Source: Candidatus Yanofskybacteria bacterium
GTDB lineage: Bacteria > Patescibacteriota > Minisyncoccia > 2-02-FULL-40-12 > IGHO2-01-FULL-4-A
DNA: 61,435 nt
Direction of reading: 5' to 3'
Assembly: GCA_903897805.1 (NCBI GenBank)
Contig: CAIUCV010000021.1
Span: forward strand, 1-61,435
Shown: piece by piece, positions 51,053 through 61,435 of the stretch
Layout: every line of letters begins with the position of its first letter
How positions within the stretch are numbered: the first letter of the stretch is position 1
Notes under the pieces: generated by a model
Databases searched by the model: none
Seen by the model: the letters and a program-made list of their open reading frames with translations, nothing else
What the model was told of the DNA's origin: nothing
Program-made: the position numbers and the translations under genes

Positions 51053-52702
51053 ATGGTGAAAACAAAATACATCTTTGTTGCTGGCGGAGTAATGTCTGGC
51101 GTAGGCAAGGGTGTGGCGACAGCGTCAATCGGCCGTATTCTCAAAGAATACGGCTATTCTGTAACTGCGGTTAAAATAGATCCCTACATAAATGTAGATG
51201 CCGGCACGATGAATCCGATTGAGCACGGAGAGGTTTTTGTGACGGAAGACGGACTTGAATGCGATCAGGATATAGGCAATTATGAAAGGTTTCTAGATTG
51301 TAACATTTTGAAAAGCAACTATATGACCACGGGTTCGGTTTATCAGGCGGTGATCCAACGCGAGCGAAATCTTGAATACGGCGGCCGCTGCGTTGAGGTT
51401 GTGCCGGATATCCCAAATGAAGTCATAAGCCGCATCAAAAGCGCCGGCAAAATCAATAAAGCCGATTTCGTGCTGGTGGAGATCGGCGGCACGGTAGGGG
51501 AATACCAGAATGTGATTTTTCTTGAGGCGGCGAGAATGCTGAAACTTGCCGAGCCGGAAAACGTGATGTTCGTTATGGTGAGTTATTTGCCGGTGCCGAA
51601 TATGATTGGCGAGATGAAAACTAAACCGACCCAGTATGCTGTCAGGACGCTGAATGCCGCCGGTATCCAGCCAGACATGATTATTGCCAGATCTTCCGTG
51701 CCGTTGGACGGTTCCCGCAAGAGAAAAATATCCGTTTTTTGCAATGTTGCCGAAAAAGACGTCGTTTCCGCACCGGACGTCGCTACGATTTATGAGATTC
51801 CGATTAATTTTGAAAAAGATAAGCTTGGCCGGAGAATTCTGGCGCATTTCGGATTTAGGATCAGAAAAAAAGATTTTAGAAGATGGAATGCTTTGGTTAA
51901 AAAAGCGCGTGACGGAGATTTAAAGACCGTAAAAATCGGTATTGTGGGTAAGTATTTTACAAGCGGCAATTTTGTGCTTGCGGATTCGTACATCTCGGTA
52001 ATTGAAGCGGTTAAGCACGCTGCTTGGGCTTGCAACCGGAAACCGGTGATTACCTGGCTTGATGCCGAAGAATACGAAAGAAATTCAGCCGCCCTTTTAG
52101 GGTTGAAGAAGTTTAACGGCATAATTGTGCCTGGCGGTTTTGGTTCGCGCGGCATTGAAGGCAAAATGAAGGTTATTGGATTTGTCCGTAAAAATAATAT
52201 CCCGTTTCTCGGCCTTTGCTACGGTTTACAGCTCGCTGTGATAGAGTTTTCCAGAAATGCCTGCGGGCTTAAGAATGCCCATACGACGGAAGTGCGCTAC
52301 GATACGCCCCATCCTGTGATTTGCACGATGCAGGAACAGCTGGCGAATATTATCAATAAAAATATGGGCGGGACCATGCGGCTTGGCGGATATGTTTGTG
52401 AATTAAAAGAGGGTTCATTGGCCAGGAAACTTTATGGTTCTAATTTGATTTCCGAACGCCACCGCCACCGCTACGAGGTCAATAACAAATACTTACCCGA
52501 TCTTGAAAAACGCGGTTTACTGGTGTCGGGCGTTAACCCAAATAAAAACCTGGTTGAAATCATTGAACTGCCGAAACATAAATTTTTTATGGCGACCCAA
52601 TTCCACCCCGAACTTAAATCGCGGCCCCTGAACCCGCACCCGATCTTTAAGGGGTTTATCGCGGCTGCAGCTGGGTTTGGCGGAAGAGAAGGAGCCGGTT
52701 AG
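51053..52702 (+). CDS. pyrG: CTP synthase
   Basis: GGVMSGVGKG, KIDPYINVDAGTMNP, GLCYGLQ, ERHRHRYE and QFHPE. Confidence 0.98.
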   Translation: MVKTKYIFVAGGVMSGVGKGVATASIGRILKEYGYSVTAVKIDPYINVDAGTMNPIEHGEVFVTEDGLECDQDIGNYERFLDCNILKSNYMTTGSVYQAVIQRERNLEYGGRCVEVVPDIPNEVISRIKSAGKINKADFVLVEIGGTVGEYQNVIFLEAARMLKLAEPENVMFVMVSYLPVPNMIGEMKTKPTQYAVRTLNAAGIQPDMIIARSSVPLDGSRKRKISVFCNVAEKDVVSAPDVATIYEIPINFEKDKLGRRILAHFGFRIRKKDFRRWNALVKKARDGDLKTVKIGIVGKYFTSGNFVLADSYISVIEAVKHAAWACNRKPVITWLDAEEYERNSAALLGLKKFNGIIVPGGFGSRGIEGKMKVIGFVRKNNIPFLGLCYGLQLAVIEFSRNACGLKNAHTTEVRYDTPHPVICTMQEQLANIINKNMGGTMRLGGYVCELKEGSLARKLYGSNLISERHRHRYEVNNKYLPDLEKRGLLVSGVNPNKNLVEIIELPKHKFFMATQFHPELKSRPLNPHPIFKGFIAAAAGFGGREGAG

Positions 52703-52723
52703 GATTAGTTTTTAAGAAGCTTT

Positions 52724-52922
52724 GCCAATCTCTGATTTCCTTTCAGCATTTCGCAGGCAAATAATATTCTGATTTTCTCATTTTTCTGGATGAAAAAATC
52801 GTACCCCTTCCGTCCCTCGACAAGCTCGGGACTACGTCCCAATTTTGTTCATCAGCGAAAAATTTCGAAAATCATCATTTATTTGCACTGCTCTATTTGA
52901 ATGACGGAAATCAGAAATTGGC
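52724..52922. repeat. Long palindromic element, family B copy 2
   Basis: Terminal arms GCCAATCTCTGATTTCC/GGAAATCAGAAATTGGC. The core 52793-52846 is near-identical to 17504-17557. Confidence 0.88.
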
Positions 52923-52937
52923 TCCGCTACGTAAAAT

Positions 52938-53303
52938 TAAAAATAAAAAAGCCGGGGTTACGTCACAACGTCCCGGCTACGAGCTGCAAAGATCCCCGCC
53001 TTTACTGCGCGAGGCCCACTAGAGAGGCCACCTAAGTGGACTGTCTACTTGGGAGTCATGTCCCGGGCTGCCGTCGCAGTCCTGACTCATCCATGCAACC
53101 TGGCCATGATTGCGTATATAAAACGGTATAATTAGTAAAGAGCCGGCCGGAGGAGGAGTGGGGTAAGGTGGGCATGAGCCGAATCCCCGCCCGCATCCGA
53201 AGGAAAGGAGCACGTTCTGGCCTGCAGTTCCTCGCGATGGTCGAGCCCCCAGTTCCTCCTCTAGCCTGTTTTAAGTATAGCATAATCGGCTAGGCATTGT
53301 CAA
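52938..53303 (-). ncRNA. Putative orphan structured ncRNA unit (family N copy 3)
   Basis: On the minus strand: TTGACA-N18-TATACT (53303-53274), a 5' stem similar to copy 1, and an end of AGCCGGG...CCCGGCT-TTTTTATTTTT. Confidence 0.55.
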
Positions 53304-53368
53304 GCCCTCGGTTGAAAATTGCCAAAAACCCTTGATTTTGCAAGGATTTTGAGGTATTTTGAGAAAAT

Positions 53369-54271
53369 ATGAACCTATATACCCAAAAAGATGCGAATAT
53401 TAGGCGGACGTGGTTATTAATGACCGTGTTTTTGGTGTTGGTGATAGCGTTGGGGTGGGTGATCGGGTATATTTTGCAATCACCAAGCATTTTGTATTTT
53501 GCCGTTATACTGGCCGTTGCAATGAATCTCGTAGCTTATTGGAATTCCGACAAAATCGCCTTGGCGATGTCGGGCGCGAGGCCGATCGGCCACAATGATA
53601 ACCAAAATCTTTATCATATAATTGAAAATCTTTGCATCACCGCCGGTCTGCCGATGCCTAAAGTTTATGTAATCGGCTCGCCCCAGATAAACGCTTTTGC
53701 AACCGGGCGCGACCCGAAACATGCGGCAATCGCCGTAACCGAGGGCGCGCTTGCCAAGCTCAATAAAAACGAACTTGAGGGCGTGATTGCCCACGAGCTA
53801 TCGCATATCGGCAACAGAGACATTCTGGTTTCCACGGTAATAGTGGTTCTTGCCGGAATCATCGCGATTATGGCTGATTGGGCGTTGCGGGTAAGTTTTT
53901 TTGGCGGAGGGCGCAGCAGAGACAGCGATAACAATTCGGGCGGAGCGCTAATTTTAATTATTGGACTTGTAGTTGCGGTTCTCGCGCCTCTGGCTTCTAC
54001 ATTGATTCGTTTGGCGGTTTCCCGAAAAAGAGAATATCTTGCCGATGCTTCGGGCGTTCTTTTGACCCGCTACCCCGAAGGTCTTGCCGGCGCCCTCGAA
54101 AAAATTAGAGACGACGACAATCAACTTCGCACGGCGACAAATGCAACAGCGCATCTTTTCATCTCATCGCCATTTAAGGGGAAACAAAAAACCGGCTGGC
54201 TGGTTTCGTTGTTCAACACCCATCCGCCGATTGAAGAGAGGATAAGAATATTGCGGGGAATGCGGATTTAG
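53369..54271 (+). CDS. htpX: Zinc metalloprotease HtpX (M48)
   Basis: INAFATGR, GVIAHELSH, SRKREYLADA and THPPIEERI. Confidence 0.96.
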   Translation: MNLYTQKDANIRRTWLLMTVFLVLVIALGWVIGYILQSPSILYFAVILAVAMNLVAYWNSDKIALAMSGARPIGHNDNQNLYHIIENLCITAGLPMPKVYVIGSPQINAFATGRDPKHAAIAVTEGALAKLNKNELEGVIAHELSHIGNRDILVSTVIVVLAGIIAIMADWALRVSFFGGGRSRDSDNNSGGALILIIGLVVAVLAPLASTLIRLAVSRKREYLADASGVLLTRYPEGLAGALEKIRDDDNQLRTATNATAHLFISSPFKGKQKTGWLVSLFNTHPPIEERIRILRGMRI

Positions 54272-54290
54272 AATAAAGTATAGAGAAACT

Positions 54291-54377
54291 GGAAGGGTGC
54301 AGGAGTGGTTTAACTGGCGGTCCTGGAAAGACCGTGTGCCAGAAATGGTACCGCGAGTTCGAATCTCGCCCCTTCCG
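54291..54377 (+). tRNA. tRNA-Ser(GGA)
   Basis: GGAAGGG/CCCTTCC-G acceptor, anticodon arm CGGTC-CTGGAAA-GACCG, long variable arm and TTCGAAT. Confidence 0.96.
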
Positions 54378-54550
54378 CACAAGCTCCGCGAAGTGCGGAA
54401 GGGAGTAAAGCGCCTGCGCGCTTTGCGAGTGAGATGAGAACAGCGGAGCAATATTTCGCAAGCAGACGGCGAGCGAAATTGCGAGCAGGTGGCTAGGCCA
54501 AGCGAGCGGAAGCGAGCTTGAGCCGAAGCCGAATCTCGCCCCTTCCGCCA
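54360..54550 (+). mobile_element. 170-bp element bounded by a 19-bp direct repeat of the tRNA-Ser 3' end
   Basis: CGAATCTCGCCCCTTCCGC occurs at 54360-54378 and 54530-54548. The second copy ends in CCA. Confidence 0.7.
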
Positions 54551-54578
54551 GTTAATAATAAATCTGACCTGCTTTTTT

Positions 54579-55094
54579 ATGATCAGAACCGGTGAATTTC
54601 CTAAAAAACTGTTTAATCTTTCGGACTATTTTGGCCGTGATTTTAACCGTAACTTGACGCCTCATGAGAGGGGAGCGCTTACGCCGTCTCAAGGCGAGTT
54701 CGTTAAAGCGGTAAATAATCTTGACTTTAGTTATGCCGAAGAGCGTATCCCGCCGGAAGACCAGAGAATTATCGGAGAGGCCCACTCTATTGTCAAGCGC
54801 GAACTTTCGGAGCTTGCGGGTCTTATCCCGGAAATGGAAGAGGGGGGATTCCAAATCTCTGTTTTTGCGGAAAAATGCGATCCCGGCGGACTCGGATGCA
54901 TTCCTTCTGTCTCGGTGGTTCTCAAGAGGAATGGCAGATTTGATACTGTTTATGAGAGGACTTTCGGGCCAAGAGATCTTGCCGGAATCATTAAAGATCA
55001 GTGGAGCAAAGACCGTTTTCTTCTTGCTATCCGCAAGGCAAAGGCGAAGATAGAAAAAGAAGAGAAGGGGGAGACAAAAAAGAGTACAAATTAG
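54579..55094 (+). CDS. Hypothetical protein
   Basis: 171 aa ORF. Confidence 0.55.
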   Translation: MIRTGEFPKKLFNLSDYFGRDFNRNLTPHERGALTPSQGEFVKAVNNLDFSYAEERIPPEDQRIIGEAHSIVKRELSELAGLIPEMEEGGFQISVFAEKCDPGGLGCIPSVSVVLKRNGRFDTVYERTFGPRDLAGIIKDQWSKDRFLLAIRKAKAKIEKEEKGETKKSTN

Positions 55095-55106
55095 ACGTTG
55101 TCTTAT

Positions 55107-55451
55107 ATGAGCACAAGAGGGAAAATTTTTCTAATTTCTTTTTTGCACTGGGCTTTTTCTCTTCTTTTCATGGCGTTTTATTGCGTTTCTTTTAAATTTG
55201 ATTATTTTTATAACTGGTTTCTTTTCTTAACAATTGCAGCCGTTTTTTCTTGGCTTCCATATAAGGCGTGCCCCTTTACGGTATGGGAGAATAAATTGCG
55301 CGAGAGGGCTGGCATCCCTAAACGTCGGCTTTTCGGTTTAACCGAGATGTTTGATCGAGGATTGAAAAAAGTATTTGGAATCGGTTTGCCGAAGGGTTCA
55401 ACCTTTTCCCTCATTATTTCTATGGTTCTTGTTCGAATCTGGGTTGATTAA
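55107..55451 (+). CDS. DUF2784-like membrane protein
   Basis: LH...TM helices...CPFTVWENKLRERAG. Confidence 0.7.
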   Translation: MSTRGKIFLISFLHWAFSLLFMAFYCVSFKFDYFYNWFLFLTIAAVFSWLPYKACPFTVWENKLRERAGIPKRRLFGLTEMFDRGLKKVFGIGLPKGSTFSLIISMVLVRIWVD

Positions 55452-55564
55452 ATTTTCCAAAAAGTTTACCGCTCTGACATCTCTGGCATAGTTTCCTTTA
55501 TTTTGATATGATCTGCGACATAAATACTGTTGCTTTAAAATAACGAAAACAGGGGGCAATCATT

Positions 55565-56260
55565 ATGAATGACGCCGAGCGGAAATATCTTGCCAAATTT
55601 ATTTACGAATCCGATGCCATTGAGAATATAAGAGACGACGTTGATCTACTGGAAAGGCAAATCGCCGAGGGCAAGAAGGACGGCCATGTTGGAGCTATGC
55701 TTTTATTGGAATCGCTGGCGCAGAGGGGAAACGGCGACAGTTTGGTTAACAAAGGGCTCATTTGCCAAATCCAAGGCCTCATTACCGCCGAACAGCATCT
55801 AAAACCCGGCGGGCCGAGATTGCCGAAGGAAAAGGTCGGAAAATACAGGAAGACAAACGTATTGGTATTGAATGGCAGCGGGGGCGGCAGAAAATGTCCC
55901 AATCTCGAATCAGTTCCTACCCTGATGAACACCTTGCTTAAGGAAATTCGCAAGTGGCAGAAGGGTGTCAAGAATTGCAAGTCGGGATCTAATATCTGCA
56001 CCGTGGCGGATTTTCACTTTATTTTTGAGTCGATACATCCCTTTGCCGATGGTAACGGCAGAACCGGCCGCGCCCTGGTTTGGTATCTTTTCAAGTATGC
56101 CGGCATCAAGCCGTTCATTTTTACCAATTGCGACAAGCACGAAACGTATTATCTGTGTTTTGAAAAATACGAGGCGATGCGCAGATATTTTATGAGGAAA
56201 ATGGGCTTTGGCATCCGGACCTTGCCCATTCGACATACTCAGGGCGAGCCTGCCCAATGA
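55565..56260 (+). CDS. Fic-domain protein
   Basis: Canonical HPFADGNGRTGR, plus N-terminal IYESDAIEN resembling the (S/T)xxxE(G/N) inhibitory motif. Confidence 0.93.
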   Translation: MNDAERKYLAKFIYESDAIENIRDDVDLLERQIAEGKKDGHVGAMLLLESLAQRGNGDSLVNKGLICQIQGLITAEQHLKPGGPRLPKEKVGKYRKTNVLVLNGSGGGRKCPNLESVPTLMNTLLKEIRKWQKGVKNCKSGSNICTVADFHFIFESIHPFADGNGRTGRALVWYLFKYAGIKPFIFTNCDKHETYYLCFEKYEAMRRYFMRKMGFGIRTLPIRHTQGEPAQ

Positions 56261-56602
56261 TAAGGGGGAATAACCCTCTTTTATTTTTGTAAAAACCTCA
56301 TTTAAACATCAAAAAGCGATGCTATATTAAGAGAGCCGACTTGTTTAAATTCGGATTAATTAGTCGTAAAATGGCCCAAAATAGCCATTTTTAAGTGCTT
56401 GACAAAGGGGTTAGAATTTGCTATAATTAAGTTATCAAGATGAGGTCAGATATTTAACAAGAATAAGCCATAAAAAAGCCAGTTAAATACGCTTGTGAGG
56501 ATTAAATTGGTAGCCACTAGTTTGGTTACTAATTTAATCCTCACAAGTCCCCAAGCTCAAGGGCGTAGTAGATGGGACAAATGTGAGAAAGGAGAGAAGA
56601 AG

Positions 56603-57337
56603 ATGTCGAAATTAGGAAGGATAGTTTTGGTTTCGATGGTGGTGCTACTGGTGCTCACCACGTTGGTGCTGTTGTTTCACAAGGCAGTTGCCGACGGTCG
56701 GGCTCAAAAAGAGGCCGTACAGCAAGTTGCCGAACTGCAGAAGCAGCTCGATGCCTGCAAGGCGACGGCTGCGAAGCCGACTTCGGTGATTGTGGTTCCA
56801 GTAAGGCCGACTCTGGCCCCGACAAAGCCGGCGCCGGCCAAGAAAGTGACCGTTCCGCCGCCGACTGCTCCAGTAGTGGCTGTGCCGGAATCACTGGCTC
56901 CTAACACTTTGGTATCTGGCGACTTTAGCCAGTTCAAGACCGAGGCGGCGAGATTGGCCACGCTCTATGGAGTGGTGGCCGACAAACATCGCCTATTCTT
57001 CTCGCAAGAGAGCAACAACGGGCACTACCTTGTGAGGTCGGGAGTCGTGCCGGCGACGCTGGCATATGACGACTTAGTGAGTGATTGGGCCGATGTTGTG
57101 GCCCAGCGAGACAAGGTGATAAGTGTTTCCCGGCAGGTCATCTCCGGTCCCTTCGCCAGCAATGGCGAGAAGGATAAGGTGATCGATTTCGTCGGCAAGA
57201 TGAGCAACTGGCCGGCCAAGACGAGATTTGTATCTTGCGCAAACTCGGCCACTGGGGCAATCGACCCCGGTGATTTCAAGAGGATTCAAGATTCCGCGAA
57301 GGAAGCGGAACTGGAATCCAAAGCTCTAGCCAAGTAA
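56603..57337 (+). CDS. Membrane-anchored extracellular hypothetical protein with Pro/Ala linker
   Basis: AAGGAG RBS, N-terminal TM helix, coiled coil and a PT/PA-rich linker. Confidence 0.7.
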   Translation: MSKLGRIVLVSMVVLLVLTTLVLLFHKAVADGRAQKEAVQQVAELQKQLDACKATAAKPTSVIVVPVRPTLAPTKPAPAKKVTVPPPTAPVVAVPESLAPNTLVSGDFSQFKTEAARLATLYGVVADKHRLFFSQESNNGHYLVRSGVVPATLAYDDLVSDWADVVAQRDKVISVSRQVISGPFASNGEKDKVIDFVGKMSNWPAKTRFVSCANSATGAIDPGDFKRIQDSAKEAELESKALAK

Positions 57338-57500
57338 CTCGCTATGCGCGGTTTGGATGATCCGCGCGCCACCAATTAAGATCATCTAGGGTTGTGATCG
57401 GCAAGATCCAATCCAGGCACGTCTCCGGACGTGTCCTTTTTTTGAAAAAATTTAGGACAGGGGCTTTTAATTTTGATTTAATCGGAGTACAATTTGTTCA

Positions 57501-59285
57501 ATGGCTGGTGTTGTGGATCAAATCAAGGATCGCGTTGACATTGTCGACCTGATTTCGGGTTATTTAAAACTGAATAAGTCGGGCGTGAATTACAAAGCTA
57601 GATGCCCATTTCATAACGAAAAATCGGCTTCTTTTTTTGTTTCGCCGGAAAGGCAGATCTGGCACTGTTTCGGCTGTTCGGCCGGTGGTGACGTCTTCGG
57701 TTTCGTAAAACAGATTGAGGGCATAGAATTTGCGGACGCCTTGAGGATATTAGCAGGCCGGGCAGGGATTGAGCTTCACCGCCAAAGCCCGGAATACCAG
57801 CAATACCAGACCGCCAAAACTAAACTTTATGAGATCTGCGGTTTAGCAACGAGGTTTTTTGAAAAACAACTCCGCGAGTCAAACGCCGGCAGAAAAGCTC
57901 TTGCCTATTTACACGACAGGGGATTGGCCGACGAGTCAATAAAGAATTTCCGTCTCGGCTATGCGCCGGATTCCTGGAACGCTCTCGGCGATTTTCTGGA
58001 AAGGAATTATGAGAGCAAGGATATATTTGATGCCGGCTTGGTGGTGAAAAAAGACGGCGGAGGCCATTACGACCGTTTTCGCTCCCGAATCATGTTCCCG
58101 ATTTTTGATTTGAACGGTCAGGTTGTAGGATTTGCCGGCAGAGTTTTCGGCGATTTGGCGAAAGATGCCGAAGCCGCAAAATATGTAAACACCCCGCAAA
58201 CGGCCATTTACGACAAAAGCCGGGTTCTTTACGGCTTGGATAAGGCCAAACTGGCCGTCAGGCGCAAAAACAAATGTCTTGTGGTGGAGGGTAATATGGA
58301 TGTGATTATGTCGCATCAGGCCGGAGCGACAAATGTGGTCGCATCTTCCGGTACGGCCTTGACTGACGGGCATCTGAAGATCATCAAAAGATACACCGAT
58401 AATCTTGACCTGTGTTTTGACGCCGACAACGCCGGTACGTTAGCGACCGAAAGAGGCGTGGATTTGGCGCTCGCGCGGGGATTCAATGTCGGGATTGTTG
58501 CGATAGATGAACCGGAGCTGAAAGACCCGGCTGATTATGTAAAAAAATACGGCTCAAAATGGTCGGAGTATTCGCAAAGTTCGCGGCCGTTTCTGGAATT
58601 CTATTTTGAGACCGCCAAAAAAACTCTGGATGTAACAACTGCTCTGGGCAAAAAATTGCTGGCCCAAAAGATTTTGCCGTTTCTGGCCTCAATGGTCAAT
58701 AAAGTTGAGCAGGCGCACTGGGTGAGCGAAATTGCCTTGGCTCTGAAGCTGAAAGACGACATTTTATTTCAAGAGATTGCCGCGGCTAAACCGAAGGGCT
58801 TGGAGATTCAGGACGAAGAGCCAAATCAAGTCGAACCACCGAAGGAGAACTTTGATGTGCTGGAAGAAGGACTGCTCGCTTTGCTCATGAAAAAACCTGA
58901 CCTTGTTTTGGACATTCAGCCGGAGGATAAAGAATTTTTGTCCGGCCGAATGGCGGTTTTGGTGAAAGACATCGGCCTTTCTCTCAATGAAACCCGCGAA
59001 GACAGCAAAAAAATGATGGCCCAGCTGACATCCGCGGCGGGGCCTGAATCGGCGATGAATTTGGAATTTATATATTTGAAATCACAGGAACTGTGGAAAG
59101 ACATTGAAGACGATGAACTGGCCGGCGAATTTAAAAAAATACTCGGGCAGATGAAACGGCGCAAGATCTTAGCCCAGCTGGAAGGTTTAGAGTTTGACAT
59201 TAAAACTGCCGAGAAAAATAGGGAGAAGGAAAAATTAGTGACCCTGACGGTTGAATTTTCAAAAATTTCCAAGCAACTTTTATAA
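57501..59285 (+). CDS. dnaG: DNA primase
   Basis: [32 protein letters not shown] and VVEGNMDV. Confidence 0.98.
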   Translation: MAGVVDQIKDRVDIVDLISGYLKLNKSGVNYKARCPFHNEKSASFFVSPERQIWHCFGCSAGGDVFGFVKQIEGIEFADALRILAGRAGIELHRQSPEYQQYQTAKTKLYEICGLATRFFEKQLRESNAGRKALAYLHDRGLADESIKNFRLGYAPDSWNALGDFLERNYESKDIFDAGLVVKKDGGGHYDRFRSRIMFPIFDLNGQVVGFAGRVFGDLAKDAEAAKYVNTPQTAIYDKSRVLYGLDKAKLAVRRKNKCLVVEGNMDVIMSHQAGATNVVASSGTALTDGHLKIIKRYTDNLDLCFDADNAGTLATERGVDLALARGFNVGIVAIDEPELKDPADYVKKYGSKWSEYSQSSRPFLEFYFETAKKTLDVTTALGKKLLAQKILPFLASMVNKVEQAHWVSEIALALKLKDDILFQEIAAAKPKGLEIQDEEPNQVEPPKENFDVLEEGLLALLMKKPDLVLDIQPEDKEFLSGRMAVLVKDIGLSLNETREDSKKMMAQLTSAAGPESAMNLEFIYLKSQELWKDIEDDELAGEFKKILGQMKRRKILAQLEGLEFDIKTAEKNREKEKLVTLTVEFSKISKQLL

Positions 59286-59298
59286 ATTTACATTTACT

Positions 59299-60534
59299 AT
59301 GCCTAAAAAAATGAAAAAGGGTAAAAAATCGTCCAAGAAAAAACCTTTGAAAAAGAAGGTCGGTTTGAAATCGGCCAGAAAGAAAGTGGCCGGCCGCGGC
59401 AGGCCCAAAATTAAGCGTGCCAAAGTCGTAAAAGCAAGAGTTGCTAAAGTTTCAAAACCTTTTTCCGAAGACAAAATCCTGAAGCTGATAGAAAAAGGTC
59501 GTCATCGCGGGTTCATCACCGAGGCGGAAATTTTGCATACCTTCCCAAACGTTGAAAAAAATATAGAGGGGCTTGAACGGCTTTATGAGCGGTTGGAGGC
59601 GGCAAATATAAATATCATTGACGCGGGCAAGGTTTTTTCCGAGGAACAGACGAAAGAGCATGAGGAAAAAAAGAAACTGGAAACGGAGCAGATAGAAGCT
59701 GGTTCCGATTCCGTCCAGATGTATCTGCGGGAAATCGGTCAGTATCCGCTACTTCGCGGCGAAGAAGAGGGGGAGCTTGCCAAAAGGATTGAAAAAGGGG
59801 ACGAGTCCGCCAGGCAAAAGCTTATGCTTTCAAACTTGCGATTGGTCGTTTCCATCGCCAAAAAATACGTCGGCCGTTCCGCGAACCTAACCCTCCTGGA
59901 TTTGATCCAGGAGGGCAACATCGGGCTTTCGCGCGCGGCGGAGAAATTTGATTATAGGAGGGGATATAAATTTTCAACATATGCCACTTGGTGGATAAGG
60001 CAGGCAGTTACAAGGGCCTTGGCCGACCAAGCGCGCACTATCCGCATTCCGGTGCACATGATTGAAACGATAAACAAGTACCAGCAAGTCGTGAGGCGAT
60101 TGGTACAGGATTTGGGGCGCGAGCCGTTGCCGGAGGAAGTGGCGGCAGAGATGGGAGTTAATGTGGAAAAAATCAGGCATATACAGAAAATCTCGCAGGA
60201 CACCGTATCACTGGAAGCGCCCGTGGGGAGCGACGATGAGGAAAGCTCGCTTCTGGCTGATTTCATCGCCGACGAGGATTCGGCAACTCCCGAAACCATG
60301 GCTGGCCGCAGGATATTAAGAGACCATTTGCAGGAAATTATCAGCGAGTTGTCAATGCGCGAGCAGAAGATTTTGGAAATGCGGTTCGGGCTGAAAGACG
60401 GAGTAACTCATACGCTTGAAGAGGTGGGTAAGGTGTTCGGCGTAACCCGCGAGAGGATCAGGCAGATTGAAGCGAAGGCGCTTGAGAAAATCAGACAGCA
60501 CCACAAGATTGATAAGTTGAAAGGGTACTATTGA
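59299..60534 (+). CDS. rpoD: Primary sigma70 factor with Lys-rich N-terminal extension
   Basis: [36 protein letters not shown] and [10 protein letters not shown]. Confidence 0.97.
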   Translation: MPKKMKKGKKSSKKKPLKKKVGLKSARKKVAGRGRPKIKRAKVVKARVAKVSKPFSEDKILKLIEKGRHRGFITEAEILHTFPNVEKNIEGLERLYERLEAANINIIDAGKVFSEEQTKEHEEKKKLETEQIEAGSDSVQMYLREIGQYPLLRGEEEGELAKRIEKGDESARQKLMLSNLRLVVSIAKKYVGRSANLTLLDLIQEGNIGLSRAAEKFDYRRGYKFSTYATWWIRQAVTRALADQARTIRIPVHMIETINKYQQVVRRLVQDLGREPLPEEVAAEMGVNVEKIRHIQKISQDTVSLEAPVGSDDEESSLLADFIADEDSATPETMAGRRILRDHLQEIISELSMREQKILEMRFGLKDGVTHTLEEVGKVFGVTRERIRQIEAKALEKIRQHHKIDKLKGYY

Positions 60535-60606
60535 TAAAATTGAAGATAGAAATTTTAAGAGGGCGCCCTGGTTATAAAAACAAAAACTCCACTTCCGCAG
60601 AGTTCT

Positions 60607-61230
60607 CTACTCAATGTCAGGAATTTTGTGGCACGTCCGGCAGCGGGCCTCGTAAAGCTCCGCATCGCCGATCTCAATCCGTTCACTCGTTCCGCCCTTT
60701 TTTTGCGTGTAAACTGCCGGACCAAATTTACCGTGGCATACAAAACATACGGCCGCTTCTTTTCTTATCTCGTCAGCCATTGCCATTAGCGCGGGCATAG
60801 GGTCGAACGGCTTTCTCCAAGCGTCAAGGTCAAGCCCCGCCGCTATTATTAGAAGTTCGCCTCTCGGTGCCTCTCCGGCATGATTTGGTGCCGCCCTCAT
60901 TTTCATTAACAGTTCCAGAAAATCGACTATCCAATTTCCGAAAAGTTGGGCTTCGTCTATGCCGACAACCTCTGGTCTTTTCTCTATGATTAGATTTCTT
61001 AATTCTTCTTCGCTTCCAATCGGAATGGCTTCCAATTCGTCATGCGGCTCAAATCCCAAACCCTCGGCTTTTTGCTGTCTGGCTATGATTTTATTTTCAG
61101 TCCTTTTATCAGTTTTAGGTTTTATAACCAGAATCCTCTTTTGGCCGTGTTGGGCCTTCCTTAACCTTTTTATCAATTCCTCGCTTTTCCCCGAAAACAT
61201 CGGACCGGTGATGACTTCCAGACGCACCAT
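60607..61230 (-). CDS. tdk: Thymidine kinase
   Basis: GPMFSGKSEEL, IDEAQ, AGLDLD and YEARCRTCH. Confidence 0.95.
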   Translation of the reverse strand: MVRLEVITGPMFSGKSEELIKRLRKAQHGQKRILVIKPKTDKRTENKIIARQQKAEGLGFEPHDELEAIPIGSEEELRNLIIEKRPEVVGIDEAQLFGNWIVDFLELLMKMRAAPNHAGEAPRGELLIIAAGLDLDAWRKPFDPMPALMAMADEIRKEAAVCFVCHGKFGPAVYTQKKGGTSERIEIGDAELYEARCRTCHKIPDIE

Positions 61231-61344
61231 ATTCGTCTCCTCGGTTTTTAAGCAACTTCCGGCATTATATAGCAATCGTTTAAAAATTCAACCGGGGTTG
61301 AATTCCCGCCGATTTTCTGTTAAAATATCTTTACAATTAAATAT

Positions 61345-61416
61345 TCCGGGGTAGCTCAATGGTAGAGCGGCTCCCTGTTAAGGAGATGGTTCCAGGTTCG
61401 AGTCCTGGCCCCGGAG
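61345..61416 (+). tRNA. tRNA-Asn(GTT)
   Basis: TCCGGGG/CCCCGGA-G acceptor, anticodon loop CTGTTAA and TTCGAGT T-loop. Confidence 0.95.
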
Positions 61417-61435
61417 CAAGGTTGGACAGACCGAG

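Noticed and set aside
53019-53283. Minus-strand ORFs of 64 and 75 aa, and 28759..28977 plus, as proteins
   Set aside because: They have no RBS, one starts inside the promoter, and their composition is typical of translated GC-rich structured non-coding sequence.

Overview
Chromosomal window from what looks like a CPR/Patescibacteria (Parcubacteria-like) genome using genetic code 11. The taxonomy is inferred from gene content and style. Housekeeping genes include ligA, gatC/gatA, split comEC, ndk, rpmB, rpsL-rpsG-fusA, trxB-like, rpiB, rpe, fba, ychF, trpS, rnj, secG, uvrC-like, groES/EL with a CIRCE element, lemA, pyrG, htpX, dnaG-rpoD, tdk and four tRNAs. The main system is a complete diversity-generating retroelement (DGR) at about 33384-36137. 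It has a target gene with a C-terminal variable repeat (VR, 34107-34230) and a template repeat (TR, 34623-34746) that differs from the VR at 16 positions, all TR adenines. It also has a DGR-type reverse transcriptase and an avd-like gene lying antisense between TR and RT. A G12/C12 homopolymer puts an upstream ATG out of frame with the avd body, a candidate phase-variable switch. The window also holds four orphan ~330-350 nt promoter-plus-terminator units with no credible ORF (candidate ncRNAs, three of them related). There are several families of ~145-215 bp long palindromes, one with clear compensatory base changes. A tRNA-Pro is nested inside the remains of another tRNA-Pro, a 170-bp element duplicates the 3' end of tRNA-Ser, and heptamer repeats and small palindromes are inserted in frame in core genes.
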